In this document: one piece after another, positions 30,581 through 38,391 of the stretch
Layout: every line of letters begins with the position of its first letter
How positions within the stretch are numbered: the stretch's first letter is position 1
From: Candidatus Aenigmatarchaeota archaeon
Lineage (GTDB): Archaea; EX4484-52
Direction: 5' to 3'
Assembly (NCBI GenBank): GCA_023137195.1
Contig: JAGLPV010000021.1
Span: 1-50,822 of the forward strand
Length of the DNA stretch: 50,822 nt
Notes under the pieces: generated by a model
Told to the model about the DNA's origin: nothing
Seen by the model: the letters and a program-made list of their open reading frames with translations, nothing else
The model's database searches: none
Made by a program: the position numbers and the translations under genes

Positions 30581-30673
30581 TTAAAAATCATCCAAATCAA
30601 ACACAAAAAAACCAATCTTCCTCAATTCTTCTTTTCCTTCAATTTTTCTGCCAATCAACCCGAAATGCTCTGT
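30581..30673 (-). pseudogene. 3' remnant of a paralogous ATPase-DUF234 gene
   Basis: Translates TEHFGLIGRKIEGKEELRKIGFFVFDLDDF* versus EHFGLIARKIEGKDELRKSGFVVFDLDDF* in 29145..30542; in-frame stop upstream and no start codon. Confidence 0.85.
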
Positions 30674-30746
30674 CTAATTAATTTCCTGAATTATCATGTA
30701 TTAAGATTAAAACTACTTATATACTAAATTATATAAATATAATCTC

Positions 30747-31034
30747 TTGTATAATGATACCTATTCTACAAACAAACAAAATGGTGGTAATATTTCAAGA
30801 CACAAAACCCAATCAGAACAAAAACAAAAAGATATTGACGAACTTACAAATATTCTAAAAGAAGCAATAAAATCAGATGGCTGCTGTTTCTGCAATAATT
30901 CTCATCCCTGCCAGACACTGGAAACTGCAATCCTCTGCAAATACAAAAAAAGCTATGTGCACATAGAATGCTGCTCTTCAAAATGCAGTTGGCATGGTGA
31001 ACCATGCAAGCATGCAATCAACATCCATATGTAA
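30747..31034 (+). CDS. small Cys/His-rich putative zinc-finger protein
   Basis: CCFC..HPC..ILC..VHIECC..CSWHGEPCKH (9 Cys). Start uncertain (TTG 30747, or ATT 30792 after ggtggt). Confidence 0.6.
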   Translation: MYNDTYSTNKQNGGNISRHKTQSEQKQKDIDELTNILKEAIKSDGCCFCNNSHPCQTLETAILCKYKKSYVHIECCSSKCSWHGEPCKHAINIHM

Positions 31035-31048
31035 ACTCTAAATCACAG

Positions 31049-31209
31049 TTACTTGTTCTTAATATTCTTCAACACATCGCCAATCTGTCTCTTGTTAATC
31101 GGCTTTTTCAGGTAGTCTTTCGCCCCAAGTTCAATGCACTGCTTTTTTGTCTTCTCATCATACACAGAAGTCTCCATCACAACAACAACACCCTGGTTGT
31201 CTTTCTTAA
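31049..31209 (-). pseudogene. 3' remnant of a third CheW-REC gene
   Basis: 31081-31209 matches 25481-25609 at 123/129 nt (manual count). Encodes KKDNQGVVVVMETSVYDEKTKKQCIELGAKDYLKKPINKRQIGDVLKNIKNK*; stop upstream and no start codon. Confidence 0.9.
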
Positions 31210-31455
31210 GTTTGTATATTGATGTTTAATTACGAGGAAATTTTTGAGATATCCTTTAAAATAATCATAAATGTTTCCTTACAATCGACTCTACTATTAC
31301 ACTTCATTTCACCTCCGCTGGAGCAAAAGGTATTACAAAGAATCATAAAAAAAGGATTTTTATAACTCATTCCTACAAACGAAGTCATACTACATAACCT
31401 TATATTAAATGTTTGTATATATTCTTATTTACTATTATTGATAATATATTTTTAT

Positions 31456-31671
31456 ATGAGCAAATACATCCCCATGATAATGGACATTTTAGATGAAAAA
31501 GAAATCAAAAGCACAAACGAGATTTTAAAGAAACTCGAAGAAAGAAGCGGAAAAACAATCAATTGGCATTATATTTACCATATTTTAATGAAATTGAAAG
31601 AAAACGGAGAAATTGAACGATATAAAGCAAATGCCGGCTTTTTTTGGAGAAAAAGAAAAGCAAGAGAATAG
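31456..31671 (+). CDS. small winged-helix DNA-binding protein
   Basis: IMDILDEKEIKSTNEILKKLEE..INWHYIYHILMKLKENGEIERYK..FFW: wHTH pattern. ATG at 31456. Confidence 0.65.
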   Translation: MSKYIPMIMDILDEKEIKSTNEILKKLEERSGKTINWHYIYHILMKLKENGEIERYKANAGFFWRKRKARE

Positions 31672-31682
31672 AAAAATCTTTT

Positions 31683-32102
31683 TTAAGTAAACTTTCGACA
31701 ATCGCTGAGTCTATCCTTTCCACTCTTTTGATAGCCAACTATTTTATCTATCCTCTTTTTCAGGTCAAATATATCAAACGGCTTTTCAATATAATCTCTC
31801 GAAACAGCACTACCCAATTCTCTGCTTACATCATCTGTTCTTGCTGTCAAAAAAACAATAGGTATCTTTTTCCATTTAGGCTTTGATTGTATCTGCGCTG
31901 CGGTCTCCAAACCATCTATGCCCGGCATCATTATATCCAGCAAAATTAAATCCGGTATTTGTCTGTTTTTTAACAAAGATATGCATTCCTCCCCACTATC
32001 TGCCTCCATAAAAGAATAACTCGATGAGATATCATCAAGACCTCTCTTCACACAATGAATCATATCATAATTGTCATCTACAATCATTATTGTTTTTTTC
32101 AT
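31683..32102 (-). CDS. single-domain response regulator (REC), copy 2, with C-terminal extension
   Basis: Close paralogue of 24848..25219 (QIPDLILLDIMMP, KWKKIP, DYIEKPFD). Confidence 0.92.
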   Translation of the reverse strand: MKKTIMIVDDNYDMIHCVKRGLDDISSSYSFMEADSGEECISLLKNRQIPDLILLDIMMPGIDGLETAAQIQSKPKWKKIPIVFLTARTDDVSRELGSAVSRDYIEKPFDIFDLKKRIDKIVGYQKSGKDRLSDCRKFT

Positions 32103-32113
32103 AACTTTCCTTT

Positions 32114-32986
32114 TTAGATACTTTTCAAAATATCAACAATCTGCTTCTTGCTAATTGGTTTTTTCAGGTAATCCTTTGCCCCTGATTTAAGACACAACTC
32201 CTTTGTTTCATCCTCGTAAACTGATGTTTCCATCACAACAACAGTCTTTGGATTCACCTCTTTAATCTGTTTGAGTGCTCCAATTCCGTCCAGCTTTGGC
32301 ATCTTAATATCCAACAGGATAAGAGAAGGCTTTTCTTCCTTTACCTTCAATACAGCTTCCTCCCCATCTCCTGCCTCAATCACATCATATTTATCTGCAT
32401 CAATATAACTTTTCAATGTCCCTCTCATCATTGACGAGTCATCCACAATAAGCACTTTTTTCTTTTCCTCTTTTTTTTCTGGTTGCCCTGAATGTTGATC
32501 TTCCACCTGCTTTATATAATCCACATCCTTGTTTTCAAATACTTTCCCCAGATCAAGCAGAATCAGAATCCTATCCTCCAATATACCAACACCCTGCAGA
32601 TAATCTGAATCTATTTTTTTGGTAATTGTGGAAGGAGCCGGCTTTATTTTATCTCCGGTAATTCTCAATACCTCATTACACTCGTCAACAACCATCCCAA
32701 CGGTATTACCTTCAAATTCTGTTATTATTACTCTTGTATTTTTATCTCTTTCTTTAGCAGGCATACCTAATTTTTTTGCCAGATCAACCACAACGATTAT
32801 TTTGCCGCGCAGATTTATCACACCAATAATGTAGTCTTCGGTTCTGGGAATATGGGTAATATCCTCCATCTTAATGATTTCTCTCACATCATTAATGTCC
32901 ACCCCGAATTCCTCTTTCTCGATTCTGAAGATAACGAGCTGGCGCTCGAAAAACCGTTTTTCTGTATCTTTTTGCTCTTCTTCCAT
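32114..32986 (-). CDS. cheW: CheW-REC fusion (CheV-like architecture), copy 2
   Basis: Paralogue of 25458..26318: GVINLRGKII, IVDDSSMMRGTLK, LLDIKMPKLDG, METS, KKP. ATG at 32986. Confidence 0.9.
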   Translation of the reverse strand: MEEEQKDTEKRFFERQLVIFRIEKEEFGVDINDVREIIKMEDITHIPRTEDYIIGVINLRGKIIVVVDLAKKLGMPAKERDKNTRVIITEFEGNTVGMVVDECNEVLRITGDKIKPAPSTITKKIDSDYLQGVGILEDRILILLDLGKVFENKDVDYIKQVEDQHSGQPEKKEEKKKVLIVDDSSMMRGTLKSYIDADKYDVIEAGDGEEAVLKVKEEKPSLILLDIKMPKLDGIGALKQIKEVNPKTVVVMETSVYEDETKELCLKSGAKDYLKKPISKKQIVDILKSI

Positions 32987-32999
32987 TTTAATCACTGCT

Positions 33000-35087
33000 T
33001 TATTTTTTTACCTGTTTTTTCTGTTTTGGTTCTTCTTTTTTGACAGCAGGCGATTTTGCCTGCTGTTTTGTTTCCTGCTGCTGGATGAGGCTCTCATCAA
33101 TCTTAAACTGACTGATTAGCTTCTTCAGGTCTTCTGCGCCTTGTGCAAGTAGCTGGGCAGATTCTGCAACCTGTGTCATGGATGCTGTAGTCTCTTCCAC
33201 AGAAGCTGAAACCTCTTCCGAACCAGCGGCAGATTCTTCTGCAACCGCGCTTACTTCATTGATTGATTTATCTACTTTTTCTGCATTTGCAAGCTGTTCT
33301 TGTGTGGATGCACTAATCTCCTGTATCTGGTCTGCAACACCGGAAACTTTACTGCTTATAAGTTCCAGCGACTTCAATGCCTCATTTACTGTCTGGCTTC
33401 CTTCCTCAACTTCCTTTGTTCCTACCTGCATGGAGTCAACTGCCTTGTTAGTGCTTTCGGTAATGTCACTTATCATTGTCTCAATTTGCTTTGTTGCTTT
33501 TTGCGACTCCTCGGCAAGCTTTCTTACCTCATCTGCAACAACTGCAAATCCTCGTCCTGCTTCTCCTGCCCGTGCTGCCTCAATTGCAGCATTTAATGCC
33601 AGAAGATTTGTCTGCTCTGAAATAGAGTTAATCGCCTCAACGATTTTTGTTATCTCCTTGCTTTTTTCTCCAAGCTCACCAACAACCTTTGCAGAAGTAC
33701 CAACAGCACTACTAATATCACCCATTTTCTCTCCTGCTTTTTTTGCTGCCGCAGCACCACTCAATGAAGCCTCGTTTGCCTCAGTAGCGTTTTTGGCAGA
33801 ATCCTGTGCAGATTCTGCAACTGCCTTTATTGAAGCAATCAATTGCTGGGCTCCTTCTTTTGTTTCACCTGCATTCTTGCTCAAGTTCTGTCCTCCTTTA
33901 GCAATCTCCTGTATTGTTGAACTCACCTGCTCTGTTGATGCATTAACCTCCTGCGCACTTGCCGAGAGTTCTTCTGCAGTTGATGCTGCCATCTGTGAAT
34001 TCTGCATGACTTTTGCTACCATATTAGAAAGATTATCAGCCATCATATTTAATGCATTTGCCAGAGTTCCTATTTCATCCTTACTCTGGTAATTTATCCT
34101 TTTGCTTAAATCACCATTAGCCATTGTCTTTGCAAAATCCACGCCTTTCAACAATGGTCTTGTAATTATTCTGGCCAGGAACAGGGCTATAACCACACCA
34201 AGTATCACAGCAATAATTATCGAAGCAATGATTATCATATTTGCCGTTGAACTCAACTCCTGTGCCTCGTTCTTTGCAACTTCCAACTGAGCATAACCTG
34301 CATTTTCTGCTGCCTGTGCCTGCTCTATAACAGTTAGCCCCATGGTGTTCATATCAACCAAAATAATTTGCAGTTTTTTGACATTTTCAATCCAGTCCAC
34401 GCATAGTTTTTTATATTCTTGTACCTGTATTTTTGCCTGCGCTATTATTTGCCTGTCGGCAGGAGTAGCTACAGTCATTTCCTGTTCATTAAGAAGTACC
34501 GCCAAAGAAGCAAAATCAATCATTAATTTCTCTTCAGATGCCTTATCCTTCCTTAACATGTAATTTTTTTCCTGTACTCTACATTCTTTCACAAGAGCAT
34601 ATGCTTCTTGATTGTTTTTTAATAAATTCTCGATTACTCTTGCATTCTCAACAATTGTTGTTTCAGTTTCCCTGTTTTGGACAAGTAGTGCAACTGCTTC
34701 ATGGTATTTTGCCTCATACGCTTCTGTTTCTTCTCTTGCCTCCCGGGAGAGTTTAAGCAGTTCATCATTATCATACTCTGCCGCCAACTCGTCAACTTCA
34801 TCCAAAAAACCATATAGTTCTGCAACATTTTGCTTTGCACGCTCATAAATTTCATCCTCTTCTTCAAGCAGATAATTCTTCTCTTCCAGAATAGTGGACA
34901 GAGCCATTCTCTCAACGCCTGTCGCATACTCGACGGCTTTTGCATTATTGTCTGTTATGCCAAACAAGGCACCAGATATATTTCCGATATAGCTATAAGC
35001 CAATATCCCTAAAATTACTGTAATTGCAACAAGGGATAAAGAACCACCTAATATCTTATTTCTTACACTCATATCATTTAGATTCAT
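33000..35087 (-). CDS. methyl-accepting chemotaxis protein 2 (helical sensor, 1 HAMP)
   Basis: Two TMs; EEKNYLL / QEKNYMLR sensor repeats; HAMP ([25 protein letters not shown]); conserved hairpin tip. Confidence 0.96.
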   Translation of the reverse strand: MNLNDMSVRNKILGGSLSLVAITVILGILAYSYIGNISGALFGITDNNAKAVEYATGVERMALSTILEEKNYLLEEEDEIYERAKQNVAELYGFLDEVDELAAEYDNDELLKLSREAREETEAYEAKYHEAVALLVQNRETETTIVENARVIENLLKNNQEAYALVKECRVQEKNYMLRKDKASEEKLMIDFASLAVLLNEQEMTVATPADRQIIAQAKIQVQEYKKLCVDWIENVKKLQIILVDMNTMGLTVIEQAQAAENAGYAQLEVAKNEAQELSSTANMIIIASIIIAVILGVVIALFLARIITRPLLKGVDFAKTMANGDLSKRINYQSKDEIGTLANALNMMADNLSNMVAKVMQNSQMAASTAEELSASAQEVNASTEQVSSTIQEIAKGGQNLSKNAGETKEGAQQLIASIKAVAESAQDSAKNATEANEASLSGAAAAKKAGEKMGDISSAVGTSAKVVGELGEKSKEITKIVEAINSISEQTNLLALNAAIEAARAGEAGRGFAVVADEVRKLAEESQKATKQIETMISDITESTNKAVDSMQVGTKEVEEGSQTVNEALKSLELISSKVSGVADQIQEISASTQEQLANAEKVDKSINEVSAVAEESAAGSEEVSASVEETTASMTQVAESAQLLAQGAEDLKKLISQFKIDESLIQQQETKQQAKSPAVKKEEPKQKKQVKK

Positions 35088-35374
35088 ATTTTCTCACATT
35101 TTATTCATTTAATCATATATATTTTTGTATATTCAAATATTTATATATTAAATATTATATATAAACCTTTATATATTTTACGGTAACTATTATCATGTAA
35201 TTTTATCATAACAAAATCCTTCGACTTCACAAAATTTCCTAAAAATCAGGGTAAACTTTTCATCTCTATCTTTAAACAATCAAAAACCGCCCTCTTAAAT
35301 ATCTATAAAAATAAAAAGACAATGCATAAATATATATAAAACCTTATATATTTTAAGTAATATAAATAAACCTT

Positions 35375-36205
35375 ATGGAAACCGATGAAGAAAAAAAATG
35401 GCAGAATCTAAAAAAAACAATCACCAAAGAACTTAATTTTGACACAGAAAATTATACCAATAATTTCATAAAAAGAAGAGTCGCCTGCCGGATGAGAGCA
35501 ATTAAAATAGATGATTATTTCGCCTATTCACTCGCTCTTCAAAAAGACAAAGAAGAACAAAAAAAACTCCTGAAGGAACTTACAATCCATGTCACAAATT
35601 TTTTCAGGGACAGGGAAATGTGGAACACTCTGGAAACAAAAATTTTAATCCCTCTAATTGATGCAAAAATTGATGCAAACGACAAAAACCTCTCTTTCTG
35701 GTGCGCCGGTGCATCTTACGGGGATGAACCCTATTCTCTTGCAATCCTCCTGTCAGAAATATTAAGCAAGAAAAACAAACTGTCTAACTTTCACATCAGG
35801 ATAACAGCAGAGGATATTGAATCAAAAGTAATTGAAAAAGCAAAAAAAGGAGAGTTTGTAGATACGCACTTTTCTGAGATGGATGTGTCTCTGCTTGAAA
35901 AATATTTTGACAATATCAATAGTTCTTTTGTTATAAAAGAGGACATAAAAAAGCTTATCTACTTCAGGACAAGAGATATATTATCTCCCTTCGGAGCGCC
36001 AAAAAATATAGATGTCCTTTTTTGCAGGAACACTGTAATCTATTTTGAACGGGAAATAAAAGAAAACCTTTACACGAAATTTTCAGAAATACTCAAACCA
36101 AAAGGATATTTTGTAATGGGTAAAATGGAAACTCTTAGCGGACCTGCAAGAGATGATTTTAATTGCATTGACACCTCAAACAAATTTTTCCGGAAAAAAT
36201 CATAA
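35375..36205 (+). CDS. cheR: chemotaxis methyltransferase CheR
   Basis: LTIHVTNFFRD, WCAGASYGDEPYSLA, DVLFCRNTVIYF, GYFVMGKME. Confidence 0.96.
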   Translation: METDEEKKWQNLKKTITKELNFDTENYTNNFIKRRVACRMRAIKIDDYFAYSLALQKDKEEQKKLLKELTIHVTNFFRDREMWNTLETKILIPLIDAKIDANDKNLSFWCAGASYGDEPYSLAILLSEILSKKNKLSNFHIRITAEDIESKVIEKAKKGEFVDTHFSEMDVSLLEKYFDNINSSFVIKEDIKKLIYFRTRDILSPFGAPKNIDVLFCRNTVIYFEREIKENLYTKFSEILKPKGYFVMGKMETLSGPARDDFNCIDTSNKFFRKKS

Positions 36206-36327
36206 ATATCCTCGAGAAGACATTTACTCCATCTAATAATACTATTTGTATTGTTATCTAACCAGAGGGGGAACTCATGAGAAAAGAAGAATAACCACAA
36301 AAGTATCTTAAAATTCAACGGTTCCGT

Positions 36328-36455
36328 GTGTCATTCAACAAAGTTGAATGTGCAGAAAATCATGGAGAGTCATCGGTCTTTGACTGATGTGCGGAAAATC
36401 TTTGAGTCATCTGTCTCGAACAGATGTGCGGAAAATCTCTTTGATTTTCTTGCAT
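36328..36455. repeat. 3-unit hairpin array GTCAT-N13-ATGTGC(A/G)GAAAATC ending in a GAAAATC/GATTTTC palindrome
   Basis: Inserts tcaacaaagttga (36335-47), cggtctttgactg (36374-86) and ctgtctcgaacag (36411-23) are each self-complementary; periods 39 and 37 bp. Confidence 0.85.
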
Positions 36456-36476
36456 TCCTACATCTCATGGATATAA

Positions 36477-37508
36477 TCATCTTTTTCTTCTACAAATCAA
36501 ATCTACCCTCTTTATTATATTCCCAAGTGGCTCAACATAATCTGCCAGATTATTATCAACAATCGACTTAGGCATCCCATATATCATACTGGTCGCCTTA
36601 TCCTGCGCTATAACAACACCATTATTCTTTTTTATTGCTCTTGCCCCATCTGTACCGTCCTTTCCCATTCCGGTAAGCACAACTCCTATCACATTTTTAC
36701 CTGCAGCCGCAGCCGCAGACCGGAACATCATATTCACGCAAGGTCTCACATATTCTTCCTTTGGCTTTTGATTTAGGGATATATACAGATCAATCCCTTT
36801 TTTTATCTCAATATGATGATCTCCCGGGCAGACATAAACAGTCCCTTTTTTCAGTGCCTCTCCATGCCTGGCTTCCTTTACATTAACCTGGCAGATGGAC
36901 TTCAACCGATTAATAAAATGAATCATAAAATTCCCCGGCATGTGCTGTACAAGAACAACAGGCAGGTAATAATCCTCCGGAAGCGTAATCAAAATCCTCT
37001 CCACGCATGGGGGACCTCCTGTAGATGCACCAATCAGGAGAATCTTTTGTGTCTCCTGTGAATGTATTTTAGGCACAATTATCCTCTTCGTAAACTGATT
37101 CAAATTGCTCCCCGCTGCCGCCAAAACTTTTTCCCGTATCTCTTTTTCAAAAGCAATCTTGTTTTCCGGGATAATCAACCTCTGCGGCTTCTCGATAAAA
37201 TCAACCGCCCCAAGCTCAAGCGCCTTGATTGTTATATCCCCATCCTTCCTTGTATAGGAACTGATCATAACAACAGGAGTTTTCGTCGTATTCATTATCT
37301 GCTCTAAAGTAGAAAGACCGTCTAATTTTGGCATTTCAACATCAAGAGTGACAACATCGTATTTTTTTAACTTTAGTTTTTCCAGAGCCTCCAGACCATT
37401 CACTGCTCTATCGACACAAACATTATCAAAAGACAAAATCGTTCTTGAAATCAGATTCCTGATAAATAAAGAATCATCAACAACCAGAACATTAATTTTA
37501 TTTTTCAT
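36477..37508 (-). CDS. cheB: chemotaxis methylesterase CheB (REC + CheB)
   Basis: VVDDSLFIR, LDVEMP, GASTGGP, VQHMP, RPCVN, LTGMGKDG, YGMP. Confidence 0.97.
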   Translation of the reverse strand: MKNKINVLVVDDSLFIRNLISRTILSFDNVCVDRAVNGLEALEKLKLKKYDVVTLDVEMPKLDGLSTLEQIMNTTKTPVVMISSYTRKDGDITIKALELGAVDFIEKPQRLIIPENKIAFEKEIREKVLAAAGSNLNQFTKRIIVPKIHSQETQKILLIGASTGGPPCVERILITLPEDYYLPVVLVQHMPGNFMIHFINRLKSICQVNVKEARHGEALKKGTVYVCPGDHHIEIKKGIDLYISLNQKPKEEYVRPCVNMMFRSAAAAAGKNVIGVVLTGMGKDGTDGARAIKKNNGVVIAQDKATSMIYGMPKSIVDNNLADYVEPLGNIIKRVDLICRRKR

Positions 37509-37532
37509 ATAACTATTCAACTATGTAAACAT

Positions 37533-37889
37533 TTACAACTTAGACAACTCTTCCAGGATTTTTGCTTCCTGGAACGGTTTTACAATAAACCCCTTTGCCC
37601 CGTTTTTTATAGCATCGCTTACAATAGACTGCTGACCGGCAGAAGAGCACATCAAAACATTCGCATCAGGAAAATCCGCCTTTATCTTTTTCAGACAATC
37701 TATACCGCCAAGATTCGGCATGACAACATCCATAAACACAACATCCGGCTTATTTTGCTTATATTTTTCATAACCGTCATTGCCATCAACTCCCTCTGCA
37801 ACAACCGTATAATTATTCTTGATAAGAATTTTCTTGATTATCATTCTCATGAACGCAGAATCGTCAACAAGCATTACTGTTTTTGCCAT
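37533..37889 (-). CDS. cheY: chemotaxis response regulator CheY
   Basis: MAKTVMLVDDSAFMRMIIKKIL..FMDVVMP..MCSSAGQQS..FIVKPF: F1-type CheY. Confidence 0.93.
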   Translation of the reverse strand: MAKTVMLVDDSAFMRMIIKKILIKNNYTVVAEGVDGNDGYEKYKQNKPDVVFMDVVMPNLGGIDCLKKIKADFPDANVLMCSSAGQQSIVSDAIKNGAKGFIVKPFQEAKILEELSKL

Positions 37890-37922
37890 ATTCTATATTA
37901 TTAATTATACATATTTAAAAAC

Positions 37923-38282
37923 TTATCCGCAAAGCGTCTTCACAGCATTATTTATATCATCGCCCCTAAAGGGTTTAGTAATGTATATTTTTGCGCCCAG
38001 AGCCTTTGTTTCAGCTTTTGTCTTTTCATTCAACACAGAAGAGCACATCACAACTTTCGCAAGAGGATTTATTTTCTTGATTTCTCTTAGCGCACTAATC
38101 CCATCTGTCCCGGGCATAAGTATATCTAAAAATACCAGATTTGGTTTTTTTTCCTTGTACACATCTACTATTGCCGCACCATCTGCCGCTTCCCCAACCA
38201 CCTCACAACCGGCTTTTTTCAGGAAATTCTTTAATATTGTTCTCATAAGACCAGAGTCATCTGCCATAATTACTGTTGTCAT
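37923..38282 (-). CDS. cheY: second CheY-like response regulator
   Basis: ADDSGLMRTILK, FLDILMP, MCSSV, YITKPF. Confidence 0.82.
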   Translation of the reverse strand: MTTVIMADDSGLMRTILKNFLKKAGCEVVGEAADGAAIVDVYKEKKPNLVFLDILMPGTDGISALREIKKINPLAKVVMCSSVLNEKTKAETKALGAKIYITKPFRGDDINNAVKTLCG

Positions 38283-38391
38283 TTTTTCACCTATCTATTA
38301 ATCATACATCATATATTTTTATATTTATATATTTTATCATTACAAGTAAACTCATATATTTAAAATCATATAGTATCTACAACATTGCCTC

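Noticed and set aside
31004-31222. 72-aa + strand ORF
   Set aside because: It is the antisense of the CheW-REC remnant.
35156-35363. ~33-bp imperfect direct repeat upstream of cheR
   Set aside because: Very AT-rich and explained by BRE/TATA-like promoter sequence; weak significance.
36328-36455. CRISPR interpretation of the repeat-insert array
   Set aside because: Inserts are only 13 nt and self-complementary, there are 3 units, and there are no cas genes. Kept as a hairpin array instead.
36326-36571. 81-aa ORF over the hairpin array
   Set aside because: Chance frame through repeats, overlapping the cheB end in antisense.
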